From NCBI GenBank assembly GCA_010909165.1, contig MU008177.1, forward strand, positions 434,001-498,000: a stretch of DNA of 64,000 bases, given 5' to 3'. The notes beneath the pieces are model-generated. The model was not told the DNA's origin. It saw only the letters and a list, made by a program, of their open reading frames with translations, and searched no databases. Of the stretch, positions 45,110 to 58,700 are shown one piece after another. The stretch comes from Anthoceros angustus (lineage: Eukaryota; Plantae; Anthocerotophyta). How positions within the stretch are numbered: position 1 is the stretch's first letter; each line of letters opens with the position of its first letter. The position numbers and the translations under genes were made by a program.

Positions 45110-47875
45110 ATGCAGCTTTGCTGCTGCTGCGCGACATAGACTCTCAAGACCAGTAGGTGCAAGAGTTGCTCGAAAAGGTTGCTTGGCAGCAGGAGAGGGA
45201 GAGGCTTGCCCAGCAGCTAGTGGACTTGGAGCGGAAGAGGTCCCAGGAAGAGGAGCACCACAAGAAGGTGGTGCATAGGATGCTGGTGGTGAGGAAGAGA
45301 CGATTTTGGGCGGATTATGCCCTTCAAGCGAAATTGGCCAGCCAGCTGAGAGAAGCAAGGGAGGAGAATGTGACCCTCCATGTGAAGGTGGGAGAGTTGA
45401 CCACATGAGGCATCTAAGGGTAGGTGTGAAGATGGAGAATGGCCCACAGAGCTTGATGACCTCCAAATGCAATATCATAGCTTGGGGGCCCATCTCCACA
45501 ACCGGATATTGAAGGCCAATAACGAGGTGCTGTGCTTGGCCAAGAGGAGGACTTTGGGTCCTCATGATGATGATCGGGAGATGCTGCTACAGGTGGAGCC
45601 AGAGGCCTCGGACTTTGATGAGGCCACAAGTGACATGGACTCCGAGGAGTCTGGAGAGACGGAGGACGGAGGAGAGACCGCGGCGCCAAGGGGAGAAGAT
45701 GGCGCCGAGAGCAAGGTGGGTGGGCAGCCCACCCTCACAGGGGGTCACCCTACCACGGTAGGTGACCACCCTACCACGGTAGTCTGCCAGACTACCATGG
45801 TAGGAAGCCACCCTACGCCGGTAGTCTGCCAGACTATCGTGGTAGGGCAGGGACCTACGGGCGTAGGTCCTGGGGAGCAGCCATGAAGGCACGGCTGAGA
45901 TGGAAGAACCGGGGTCCCACATGCCCCACAGGGAAGGAAGGCGGTGGAAGCGGCCCACCGGAGGAGAGCGAGGTCCACACGAGGAAGGGAGGGTGAGAAA
46001 TTCCCTCACCCCACGGATAAGGGAGGAATCGGGGCCAGGAGAGGAAACCAACGCGAAGAAGGCCCGAAGGAGTTAGTGACCACATCGGTCAGCAAATGGG
46101 GGAAGATCCTTTGAAGAGCATACTCCATGATAGGTATGAACAAATCAAACAACAGGAAAGGAGCCAAGAGGATCTCAACCCAAGGAGTCGCCACCGATGA
46201 GAAGGAAGGAAGGAAAGGAGATAGGGACCAGCCTACCATGGTAGGAAGCCACCCCACGGTGATGCCGGACTATCGTGGTAGCCGAGGACCTACGGGCGTG
46301 GGTCTGCGAGAGCCATGAGGCTGCTGGGATGGAAGAACCGGGGTCGGCGCCCCACAGGGAAGGAAGCAGGCGGTGGAGAAGCGGCCCAGGAGGAGAGCAA
46401 GGGCAGGGGCAGGTCGAGGAAGGGGAGGGTGAGAAATTCCCTCACCCCACGGATAAAGGAGGAATCGGGGCCGGGGAAACCAACGCCAAGAAGGCCGAAG
46501 GAGTTAGTGACCACATCGGTCAGCAAATGGGGGAAGATCCTTTGAAGAGCATACTCCATGATAGGTATGAACAAATCAAACAACAGGAAAGGAGCCAAGA
46601 GGATCTCAACCCAAGGAGTCGCCACCGATGAGAAGGAAGGAAGGAAAGGAGATAGGGACCAGCCTACCATGGTAGGTAGTCAGCCTACCCCGGTAGTCTG
46701 CCAGACTACCGCGGGAGGGTGCTTATAGAAGGAGCGCGGCCAAGCGGTGGAGGTTGGAATGAGGGACACCTGAGCGCGTGGAAGGGGCGCGATTGCCTGC
46801 ATGACAAGAGGAATCATGGCGCCGCCCCGCGGGGCAGGAGGAAGGGGCAGAATGGTACTTGCCCCACAAGCTAGGAAGAGGACAGGAACTGGGGAAGGGA
46901 CAGGAGCAAAAGGAGGGCGAGGGAGCCAATCCATAGGAGACGCGTCACCACCCCAGCAAGATGAGGACTAGGAATGGTCAAGGGCCATAAATGAGCTTCG
47001 GAAAATGGGAAGGATAGGTGATGTAGACTGACATTCTTCAAGAGTGATCTTAGTTGAAGTTGCTAGAATAGAATTTACCTAGGATCAAACAGTAGACTTA
47101 GATGCCAGGACTTAAATGCTGGCGGTAGGAAATAATAAAATATTGGGAAAGATGGCCTGTAGCAGGGTCACCCAAGGGAGGTTGTATGTGGAAGGCCCCC
47201 TATAAGAGGAGGAGGATTTCACAAAGTAAAGTATCACGTCTTGCGCTTCCATACTAGCGAGTCCTTTGCCCTTGTAAAGGAATTTCGTGCCGGCTGTGAG
47301 CCAACGCAGCGTCTGGTAGAGAGGAAGTTCGGTGGTCGGAATGCTTGGTGGAGGGCTTGCTCCCTGCAAGCGCCTCAACGAGTTGCTCCCCTTGTGAATG
47401 GTTGCTGTGAAATTGCTTTGCTTTGGGTGTGTGGCAATGCCCGGGGAACTCTCGGCTTGAGGGTAGACTACGGGGAAAGACTCTGGAGGTTCTCATGCAG
47501 TGTCAAACTCATAGCAACCGGCCCAAGGAAGAACTTCTGGTGTGTAGGCGGACCCAGGCGGTTTGCCATGAGGCGAGGCCGATGGCCAGGCTGAGGTTAG
47601 AATAGGAGGAAAGGAGGAGATGAGTAGAGGATTAGAGTGTAGGTGTTGGTGAGGCCACGGTGAGCCTAAGGGGCCAGATCCAGATCCCACCCCAAGTAAG
47701 GGCGCTCACAGGTGGAAGATTGGTCTTAGTAGTAGGGACGAGATTGCGGTGTGGGTCAGGGGGTCCCTGGGCGCCCGTGATAGACTCCTTCTTGCTCCAC
47801 TTACGCTTACAATAAATTTGAGGTGAGGCGCTCCAAAATTGTAGCACGTAGGGCTGTTTGGGACCAGACTCTACA
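45110..47875 (+). mobile_element. 3' part of a Ty3/gypsy element (extra-ORF region, PPT, 3' LTR ~46943-47875)
   Basis: Homologous, in inverse orientation, to 51545-54100. The purine tract ggagcaaaaggagggcgagggag precedes (c)gtcaccacccc, and the LTR ends ...gactctaca. Internal ~420-bp duplication at 45880-46700. Confidence 0.8.
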
Positions 47876-49678
47876 GCACCACATCCAACATGCGCTGTAA
47901 GTAAGTTGCATGGACGCAGCAGATAGTGATCACGAAGACAAAGACACTATAGAGGACGAATTCATTTTTGAGGAAACACGAAAGCTTAAAATGGGTGATA
48001 CAACATCATCCTCTGGCATCATTGGTGATTCCTTCAAGGAGAAGGATAGGTTCAATGGCACTGTCTACGACATTTGGGTAATCCGGATGGAAGGTATCCT
48101 CGAAGTAAGGAACCGGCTGAAATATGCAACCGGAAAGATAGAGTATCCTAAAGAGGGTATATCTGGCGAAGAATGGTTAGCTAAAGACAGCGCAGACAAA
48201 TACCTCATACGCAGTGGCTAACATCCGACATGTTGAGGCAGACTGGTGGGGCAAAGACTTCGGCCGAGATTTGGACCCGTCTCTCAGATCTCTATGCATG
48301 ATCCAATGTAGTCAGTACAATGACAGCAATGCGTCACTTCCAGAATTACAGAATGAAGGATGGGGATTCCGTGGAGAAGCACATTAGTACCTTGAGGACC
48401 CTCACTTCGAAGCTGGAAGGTGCCTCAAAAATCACCATGAAAGATGAAGAACTGGTCATGCGACTTCTCCTCTCACTTCCTGAATCTTGGTCACATTTCG
48501 TGACATCACACACTGCTGCACAAGCCCAGGCTACACTGTTAGCCAAGAAACAGGGTGTGGAAATGCCAGATATGTCATTTGCAGAGCTTGTTAGCTCCAT
48601 CTTCAAGAGGAAGCTAGCAGGAGCAGCCACAGACGTATAGGAAAGCAACAGGCCCTGTACACCTCAAACCAAAGACGGGGAGGTAGAAGATCCTTCTCTC
48701 GAGGTGGTGGCAGCTCATCCAGAGTAGGTAGCTCACAAGGAGCAACCTCATCTACAAGGAAAACCAAAACGTAAGGTACATGCAATTGGTACAAAATACC
48801 TAGTCATTGGGAACATGATTGTCGAAAAAAGCAGGCAAGAGTTCCTCGCAAGGAGGGATCATCTAGCACCGAGACACACGTGGTGGTCAAGAAGCAAAAT
48901 ACTCCATCAGCCCTAACGGTTGGGACAAGGGAGTTTGCTAGTCCACTGTTGCTCCCAACTTGTCTGTCGTCCAAAGCCAAGTTGAAACCATCAGCAGAAT
49001 GGTATTTAGATACTGGTGCAACAGCGCACATTTGCTTTGACAGAAATTCATTTAACACATACAGGTCCGTAGTTGATCAGTATGTTTACCTTGGAGACGA
49101 TAGGTCATTGGTATCCCCTGGTCGTGGTACAGTTGACTTGTTAGTTCCCTCTGGAGTCACACTAACATTGCAGGATGTTTATTACGTGCCTGACATGACC
49201 AGAAACTTGATTTCAGTTAGAAGACTAAATGCTGACAACAACAGTCACGTTGTATTCACCAGGACAGAATGCCAAATCATAGATGCATTTGACCATAGAA
49301 AGGTACTTGCATATGGGTCTTCGGACCATGATCTGTTCCGTCTCCTCGTGCACAGTGGAGTAGCAGAGTCCCACCTGACACAGGATGTCTCCCTGGCATC
49401 TGCACAACATATAGCAAAATCAAAGTTGTGGCATGCCCGTTTGGGTCACCCTCATATGGCAAAACTGTAGAAGTTGGCTTTGAGTGACTTTTACCAGGAT
49501 GGACCTATTGGCCCCTTGACTGCCATCCCACTATGTGAAGCTTGCGTGCTATCCAAGAGGCACCAAGCTGCTTTCAAAAATAAGGCTCCTCATCGTGCTG
49601 CTGATCTCCTTGAGCTGGTGCACACCGACCTTTGTGGCCCATTGTCACTGAACTCCATTGGTGGTGGCAGATATTTTC
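47876..49678 (+). mobile_element. Degenerate Ty1/copia internal fragment (gag, protease, gag-pre-integrase, start of integrase)
   Basis: RFNGTVYDIWVIRM; LLSLPESW; degenerate knuckle CNWYKIPSHWEHDC; WYLDTGATAHIC; LQDVYYVPDMTRNLISV; LWHARLGH; LELVHTDLCGP. Contains stops and frameshifts. Confidence 0.93.
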
Positions 49679-49901
49679 TGATAAAATAGCTTACTATTAG
49701 GGCACTCTTCACTAGGGCACCTAGGACTTAATAATTAATTTAGTCCTTAGGGCTCTAGGTAGTTTCTTTAGTAGTTATTTAATTGGTTAGTTGTTACAAC
49801 CACTTATTGGTTACAACTACCTTGCCTACATAAAGGCATGTACTTTCTATTATGAATGTAATGCAACACATATTGCTTGAGCTTGTGTATGATTCTCATC
49901 A
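49679..49901 (+). repeat. 5' LTR (223 bp) of a second copia element
   Basis: TGATAAAA...TCTCATCA (TG...CA with terminal inverted TGAT/ATCA), immediately followed by a PBS. Confidence 0.85.
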
Positions 49902-49912
49902 TGGTATCAGAG
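49902..49912 (+). other. Primer-binding site for tRNA-iMet
   Basis: TGGTATCAGAG, the canonical plant tRNA-Met PBS. Confidence 0.92.
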
Positions 49913-51544
49913 TACACTTGCTCTTTGTTTGCTTGTGCATCCTCATGCATCTAAGTAGCTTATCTAGGAGACACTTTCTAATCTAGCATTTGCCTAGATG
50001 GATTGTGTTTATCCTAGAATCGCTATCTTTGCATGCATTCTTTTTATGCTAACATTTCTCTTCTAACAATGCTTTTATGCACTAATTCTTTGTCCTTCCT
50101 CCATGGATTTGTGTCCCCTTAGAAGGAGAAGGCATAGAGTTAAGAAGAGAAGTAGTCCTGCAAGACAACAAGAACAAATTAGGAGCCCAACACATAGAAG
50201 CAATAGAAGACAACAAGCTATAGAGGGAGAGATAGAAGAAACCTCCTCTTGTATAGCGAACTTCATTGCATCTATTTTAATTTCTAAACCGATCAAGGGA
50301 AGTTTATCAAGCTAGCTAGACGTGATTTGCTAGAAGTTTTTAGTCCAATTCACGCCAAGGCATTAGAATTAGCTCTCCAACATATCCCAAATTTGAATCT
50401 TTGGTATTAGTACTCCTTTATCTTCTAGTCTGCAAGACAAAATAGCATAGAAACTCTTAGATTTCAAGAAATTGATAGTCAATTAGCAACTCTTAGAATC
50501 CAATCCTTTGATCTTAAGGAGAATTATCTGAATTAAGGACAAAATTGTCTATTCTCTCTAAGGTTGATAATGCGCAGAGATTTGAGAGCATGCTATCATC
50601 ATCCGAATCGATTATGATGCAAGAGAAGAGTTTCGTGCAATAGAGAAGATGAGAGGTCAGATCCGAGGCCTAGTCCTCTAAATCACCTACAATGGCTGGA
50701 GTGATCAATGATGAAGAACAAGCTCCTAATTCCCCATTGGGTAATGATAATGCTAACACTTCATTGCATTATCATTATGGTAACGATTTCAAGAAAGATA
50801 GATTCAATGGAAGGATTATGACATCTGGGCATTGAGAATGCGAGGAGCTTTGCGGCAAAGAGACCTTTGGGGCATCGTCGATGGATCAATTCCAAGGCCA
50901 CACGCCCGATTTGAGCGTGAACTTCAACCTTCCGGACGCCAGGACAGAAGGCACAAGATTTATTGGTCGGTGGACTTTCTCAACATATGGTGAGACATGT
51001 CGCGCAAAGACCTCCAAGGATATGTGGACTCACCTTGCTCAATTATATTCATCTCGAGATGTAATGAGTATTGTTGCGACTTCACGTAACTTCCGCAACC
51101 TCTCAATGAAGGAGTCGACACCATCGAACATCATGTTAATGCTTTTCGATTAGCACGATCTCATTTGGAATCTTCAATCATGCATCTATCTCGTAGATGG
51201 AGGCTTACGTCATTCTCTTATCTTCATTGCCACCTTCTTATAGGGCCTTCATCACAACTCAAAATGCGATGATTGTCGGAAAAGCTGCGGATGAAGATCA
51301 AATGAAGAGCCAGACATCAGTGTCTCTGAACTTATTGGAGCATTGTTACAGGAGGAGGCAAGTAGACGTCACCACCACTCCGAACCAACAAGCGGCGGTG
51401 ATGTATTCACAAAGGGGTAGAGGAAGAGGACGAGGCGAGGCCGAGGTTCTCCAAACGACCCCATATCCTGCACATACTTTCCAAGTTGGAGGCATCTTCT
51501 TCAACACCGCAAGAGGTAACAAGAGGCGGGATTATATGTACTGG

Positions 51545-52791
51545 TGTAATCCCAAATCACATGGAAAAGGTGTGGTAGGGAGAATCAGGGGCACTCCCAG
51601 GTCCTCCCACTATAAGCGGCCACACTTATCCCACTCGGGGCGCTCTTTTACTTGCAGTTGGGATTCGTCCCATGAGACTTGTGTGAAAGTTCGAGGCCTT
51701 GTGGTCACCAATCGCTACCTTCCCAACTCTCGGCCTTCTCAAGCAAGGCGCCCTACTCTCCCTCTCACGCTGCACCACTTGCCTTGAAAAATCGCCAACC
51801 TCGACCCTGGCGACACAAAACAATTGCGGGTCACGCCTCGGTGACAAGGAGCCTACGGGCGCCGGGGACCCCTGGTTCACGCGATTCGTCCCTACTTCTA
51901 AGACCAAACTTGACCTACAGCGACACAACACAATTGCGGGTCACCTCGGTGACAAGGAGCCTACCACGGGCGCCGGGGACCCCCTGGTTCACATGATTTC
52001 GTCCCTACTTCTAAGACCAAACTTCTCCACTCGGGGCGCTCTTTTACTTGCAGTTGGGATTCGTCCCTTAGGCTCTGCACATGGCCTTCCACTAACACCT
52101 ACACCTCTAATCCTCTACTCATCTTCTCATCTCCTCATCCTCTTCCTCCTAGTCTAACCTCGATTCGGGCTTCTTGGTTTCGACTCGCCCTTGGCTGTGC
52201 AGGGTCCGCCTCCACCCGGCAAGTTCTTCCTTGGGCGGTTGCTATGAGTTTGACACGGTGGCGAGAACCTCGAGTCTTTCACATGGTCTACCCTCAAGCC
52301 GAGAGTTCTCAGGCATTTGCCACACACCCAAAGCAAAGCAATTTCACAACCATTCACAAGGGAGCAACTCGTTTAGGCACTTGCGTGAGCAAGTCCTCCA
52401 CCAACACTCAGACCACATGACTTCCTCTCTACCGGACTGTGTTGGCTCCACGGTAAAAATTCCTCTGTAATGGCAAAGGACTCGATGGCGTGGGCGCAAG
52501 ACATGATACTTTACTTTGTGAAATCCTCCTCCTCTTATAGGAGGCCTTCCACATACAACCTCCCTTGGGTGACCCTCTGCAGGTCACCTTTTCCAATTTT
52601 CTATTATTTCCTACACTTGACATTTAATGTCGGCACCTAAATCTATTATATCCTTGGTAAATTCTATTCTAGTAACTTCACCTAAGACCATCCTTGAAGG
52701 ATGTCGATCTACACCACCTATCCTTCCGTTCCCCAAAGCTCATTTATGGTCATTGACCATTCTTAGTCCTTATCTTATTTGGGTGGTGACA
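51545..52791 (-). repeat. 3' LTR of the large Ty3/gypsy element
   Basis: On the minus strand it starts TGTCACCACCC after a purine tract and ends GGGATTACA. Homologous to 46943-47875. Confidence 0.75.
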
Positions 52792-55700
52792 TGGCCCTTG
52801 GGATTGGCTCCCTCGCCCTCCTTTTGCTCTTGCCCTTCCCGGATCTTGTCGCCTTAATGTGTGGGGCAAGTACCATCACCCCTTCCTCCATCTCCAGGCG
52901 GCGCCTAAAGTCTGTTATCTTCCATCGGTCGCGCCCCTCCCGCGCACCTGGCGCCTTTTCTCCGGCCTCGCCGCTGGTCGCCCGTTCATCGCACCCTACC
53001 GGTAGTCAGCGGACTACGGGTGGTGACTACCTACCATGGTAGTCGGTACCTATCTCCTTCTTCTCCTTCCTCTCCATCGGTGATGTCTCTTGGGTGAGTT
53101 CCTTTTGCTCCTTCCTTGTTGGTTTGTCCATACCTATCATAGAGCATGTCTTAAAGAATCTTCTTCCCACCAATGCTACTAACTCTCCGGGCCTTCTTTG
53201 CGTTGGTCTCCTCTCCTGGCTCCTCCCTTATCCGTGAGGGAACTTCTCACCCCTCCCCTTCCTCGCCAGGTGGACCCGTCCTTAGTCTCCTCGGTGGGGT
53301 TGTCTCTCCCACCACCCCAGCTGCTCCTCCGGGGTATACTACGGACCCCGGCTCCTTCATCCTCGGCCGGGCCTCCGGCGACTCCCAACTCTCCACGGGC
53401 TGCCCTACCGGTAGTCAGCGGACTACCGTGGTAGGTGACTACCTACCATGGTAGTCGGCGGACTACGTGGTGGTGGTCACCGTGGTAGGTTGACCCCGGA
53501 GGTGGGCTTTCCCCCTCCTTGCTCTCTGCCACCTTCTACCTTTGGCGCTCACGCGCCTTTTCTCGACTCCTCAGTTCCTCGGAGTCCATTTGATGGCCTC
53601 ATCAAAATCGGAGGCCTCTGCACTGTTGCGGCTCCTTTGTCATCATCATGAGGACCCAATGTCCTCCTCTTGGCCAAGATCTCATTGTTGGCCTTCAAAA
53701 TTCTATTGTGGAGGTGAGCCCCAAGCTATGATATTGCATTTGGAGATCATCAATCTCAGTGGGCCACTCTCCATCTTCACACCTACCTTTGTAGGCGTCC
53801 CTTGAGGTGGTCAATTCCCCACCTTGACATGGAGGTCACATTCTCCTCCCCTTCCTTGGTGGCTGGCCAATTTTGCACGAAGGGCATAATCGCCAAAACC
53901 TTCGCTTCCTCACTACCGGCATTCATGCACCACCTTCTTGTGGTACTCCTCCTCTGGACCTTTCCTTCAAGTCCTCTATTGTTGAGCAAGCCCTTCCTCT
54001 CGCTTGCCAAGCATCTTTCGCTCTTGCTCTTCTTCTTGGCGTGGGCCTTCTTGGTTTTGAATTTCCAGCTCGGCGCTTCTCTTCAAACTAAAGCTCTTCT
54101 CAACTCTTCCTTCATGTCCGGATGATGGCTTGCGTAGCCATCACACTTCTTCTTGCGTCCATTCTTTGGACCGCTACCTTCTCCTTCCGAGAGCCTCTGT
54201 TTTGCCCTTTCTTGCTCTAATTGGGCAAAATGCTCCTCATATACTGCCTCCATGAGTCTCGTTGGGTGGTTGCTCGGATGGCTCTTTCTTGAGCCAACCT
54301 CCCTCAAGACCTTCTCGCCTTGGATCCATGAGGTCTGGAGCTTCTCCTGACCTTTTCCGGCTTGGCTGCCTTTTCATCGGACTCCATGGCCTCCAATTGC
54401 CATTTGGTCCTGCCTTCCTCCGGCCATGTCTTGAGATTTCACTTCCTCTTGGCATGCCCACAAGGAGGCTTTCTCTAGCCTTCAAATCCACAGTGAGTGC
54501 TTCACAAGCACCCAGCAATTCTCCTAGGGGTCCTAATTCCACCCCTTCTTCTTCTTCTTTGGAAATCTCCAGCTCTCTTCCTCCGGCCATTCTTGGCGTG
54601 GGCCTTCCTTGGCTCCATCCGCTCTCCCACCCGGTAGCGGAGATGGTGGCCTCGGCGCTTCTTGCTCTTCTCCTTCCCTTCCACCTTGGTAATTTGCTGG
54701 CGTGGGCCTTCTTGCTCTTCTCCTCTTGGCGTGGGGTGCCTACCTACCATGGTGGTGGCGCCTACCATGGTGGTGGTGCCCACCCCTTGGGTGGCGCCTC
54801 CCTCAGGGTGATGCAGCCGGGTGCCTCTCTTGTAGGCACAAAGGAGATGGTGGGGACTCCCCACTCTCGGGATCACCCCTCCTGGTCCTTCTCAACTCTT
54901 CCTTCATGTCCGGATGATGGCTTGCGTAGCCATCACTGCTCTTGCGTCCATTCTTTGGACCGCTACCTTCTCCTTAGCCTCTGTTTTGCCCTTCGCTCTT
55001 GCTCTAATTGGGCAAAATGCTCTCTTCTCTCCATGAGTCCGTTGGGTGGTTGCTCGGATGGCTCTTTCTTGGTTTTGACAACCTCCCCTCAAGACCTTCT
55101 CCGCGCATCCATGAGGTCGTGGAGCTTCTCCTGACCTTTCCAATTTGGCTGCCTTTTCATCGGACTCCATGGCCTCCAATTGCCATTTGGTCCTGCCTTC
55201 CTCCGGCCATGTCTTGAGATTTCACTTCCTCTTGGCATGCCCACAAGGAGGCTTTCTCTAGCCCCTTCAAATCCAGTGAGTGCTTCACAAGCACCAGCAA
55301 TTCTCCTAGGGGTCCTAATTCCACCCCTTCTTTCTTCTTCTTTGGAAATCTCCAGCTCTCCACCACTCTCGGGCCATCGGCGGCCTTGGTCCCTTCATCG
55401 CTCCATCCGCTCTCCCACCCGGTAGCGGAGATGGTGGCCTCGGCGCCCTTCGCTCTTGCTCTTCTCCTTCCCCTTCCTCTTGGCATGCCCACAAGGAGGC
55501 TGCTGGCGTGGGGTGCCTCGGTGAGGCTGCCCGGTAGTCGCCTACCTACCATGGTGGCGCCTGATAATGCCCACCCCTTGGGTGGCGCCCTCTGGGGTGA
55601 TCGAGTGCCTCTCTTGTAGGCACAAAGGAGATGGTGGGGACTCCCCACTCTCACCCCTCCTGGTCCTTCTCTCATAGACCACCATCGGCCTTCTTGGCGC

Positions 55701-58700
55701 TTCTTGCTCTTCTTCCCTTGCTTGCTCACTGTGGAAAGGATTCCCACTCGGCAACTTTGTTGCCTCGAACCTTCTCCTCTTGCCTCTAGCATTTTGTGGA
55801 GTCGACCTCCCACCGTCTTCGCAATGCAAAGGCAAAGGCCTTTCCAACCTCGGTGGAGGTGGATGACCTCAAAGGGATGCCATGCATCTTCAAGCTCCTT
55901 GCTTGTGAGAGTCCCTCGGTTTCCCATAAATGCACCAAATAGGTGCTAAGATAGCAGGGCCTTGGTCCTTCCTCATCCACGAATTTGGCTTGAGGAGCTT
56001 CTCTCGATGGTGTATGCCTTCATGATAGTCCCCAATCGGCTTGGCTCCCATGGAAATCTTCCACAAAATTGGAGGAAGTTGGTCTTTGAAATAAGAGTGC
56101 GTTGGTAATTTACCAACCCCAGCACAATCTTTGCGAAGAGCCTCCACTTGACTCCTTGATGCTCTCGGTCTTCCGACCATTCTTGGCGTGGGCCTTCACT
56201 CCTCCATCCATCATGTCAAGGAACTCCTGCGGGATGTCGGAGGCTGTCTTCCTCCATTCAACCTTTCGAGGAGAGCAATTCAGCTCTCTTCCTCCGGTCT
56301 TCCATACACTGTCGAATACTTCTCACGGTCCAGCGGATCCGTTCTAGCATTCCTCTCCGGTGCGGCGGCGCTTCCGATTGATGGAGGTTGATGTAACACT
56401 CCTCAATCAATTCCAAATTGGTGTAGGCCCATTGGCGGCCATACACCCATCCTAGTTGGATGTTCTCCTCCTCCTTGCCGAAAATCAACCAAATCTCGGG
56501 GTTGAGCTGCCCAAAGCAAGTGAATTGGGGCATCACAAGTTCACCTCCTGGCGGGCCCTCTTCTTTCTTTCCTTTCCTCGCGAGGAGAGCCCTTGCCGGC
56601 TCCTTCCCTTGCCTTTCCTCGAGGCACCTTTCTTCGCTCCAAGCAAGAGGATTACTTCCCAATTTCAGCGTTGTGTGCTCCAAGCTTCACCTCCAAACAC
56701 TCCTTTTTCTGTCGCGGTGACTCCACACTGAGCACAAGCACGTTAGCCTGTCTTGAGCCTCCACTTGACTCCTTGATTTCTTCTCCTTTCCTCCTTGATT
56801 TCTTCTCAGGCGCAGGTGTCGCGATTTTCCTCCTTCTACTCTCACTTTCCTTCAATTTTCCGCGCTCCAACGCTCTCGCGGTGGCTCCTTCAATGTGTCT
56901 CTTCCGGATTGAAGAGCTTCGGTGCTGGGTTCTGCTTCCGCCTCCTCTTCCTCCATTCGACCTTTCGAGAGAGCAATTCGAGCTCTCTTCCTCCGGTCTT
57001 CCATACACTGTCGAATACTTCTCACGGTCCAGCTGGATCGTTCTAGCATTCCTCCGGTGCGGCGGCGCTTCCGATTGATGGAGGTTGATGTAACACTCCT
57101 CAATCAATTCCAAATTGGTGTAGGCCCATTGGCGGCCATACACCCATCCTAGTTGGATGTTCTCCTCCTCCGCCCTGAAAATCAACCAAATCTCGGGGTT
57201 AGCTGCCCAAAGCAAGTGAATTGGGGCATCACAAGTTCACCTCCTGGCGCGCGGCCACCTTTTCCTTTCCTTTCCTCTCGCGAGGAGGCCCTTGCGGCTC
57301 CTTCCCTTGCCTTTTCCTTTCGAGGCATGGCACCTTCCTTCTCCTGCTCTAGAAGGAAATTACTTCCCAATTTCAGCGTTGTGTGCTCCAAGCTTCACCT
57401 CAAACACTCCTTCTCCTTTCCTCCTTGATGCTCTCGGTCTTCCATACACCCATCCTAGTTGGATGTTCTCCTCCTCTTCCTCCTTGATTTCTTCTCCAGG
57501 CGTGGCGCAGGTGGTCGCGATTTTCCTCCTTCTACTCTCATTTCCTTCACCTTGCTTCCTCAACCTCCCATCATGGCCTTCCTCCTCTTCAATGTGTCTC
57601 TTCCGGATTGAAGAGCTTCTCGGTGCCACGGCGCTTCTCCTTTCCTCCTTGATTTCTTCTCCTTTTCCCGCTGGGTCTTCTCCTTCCTTGCCGCCTTCCT
57701 CTCGTTGTGGGCCGCGGATGGCGGCTTCTCCTTCCTCTTTGCGCTCGGCTTGATCTCGATCTCTTGGGTGAGTTCTTAGCTCGAAGGAAGTTGGCGGCGC
57801 CCAAGCGCACTTTGCCCTTTGGATGCGCCACACAACCCTAGATTGTCATCATTCCAAAATCCTAATCTATCTAAATACCTATTTTCCTACCGCCTAATTA
57901 ATCTCACTAATATATTTATTCCCTATTGATGAGCATATATAGTGGATATCCCCCTATTCTAATTTCCTTTTGCGAGATTCGTCGACCTACCACGGTGATA
58001 CGCGACCTACCGTGGTAGTGTGGCGACCTCGTGATGATCCGACCTACCGCCCTTTCGGGCGCCTCGCACAGGGTTTGACCCGTTCTTCCTCTGGGATATC
58101 CTTTTGCCTTCCTAACAATATCCTACAACTCCAGCTTCAAGATTCTCGAGAAAATTTCTTGGCATGCTCCTCTTCAATCGTTCTTAGCCAAAAAAATCAA
58201 ACTTGTTGTCTTGGGCTCTTTTGGGCTGGTTGCCCAAACTTTTCGTTCCATACTCCCCACCTCACTGTTTGCGTCCTCGCAAACAGCGTACTCTGGAGGT
58301 ACTTCTTGACCTTCCACCCATTGACTCGGTGGCGTGTCGCCGCCCAGTTACTGCGGATCCATTCTCGTATCTGCGACCACCTCGTAGGTCCCATCCATCT
58401 TAGCCTAAGCTTCCTGGAAAGTCTAGGTACCGACTATCATATAGAAGAACCAAATCCCGTCCACGATAGCCTCTTGCTTCCTCAACCTCCCATCATGCAT
58501 CTTTTACGAGTTCACGAATCCATTGCGTTTCTTCTAAAGCATCCTCCCTCGTTCTTCCTCTGGGATATCCTTTTGCCTTCCTAACAATATCCTACAACTC
58601 CAGCTTCAAGATTCTCGAGAAAATTTCTTGGCATGCTCCTCTTCAATCGTTCTTAGCCAAAAAAATCAAACTTGTTGTCTTGGGCTCTTTTGGGCTGGTT

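Larger units (their letters stand above)
49679..51544 (+). mobile_element. Second Ty1/copia element (LTR, PBS, leader, degenerate gag), cut by a gypsy insertion
   Basis: Gag remnants DRFNG..YDIWALRMRGALRQRDLWGIVDG, AKTSKDMWTHLAQLY, ILLSSLPPSYRAF and RGRGRGRG. It ends abruptly at TGTAATCCC (51545). Confidence 0.85.
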
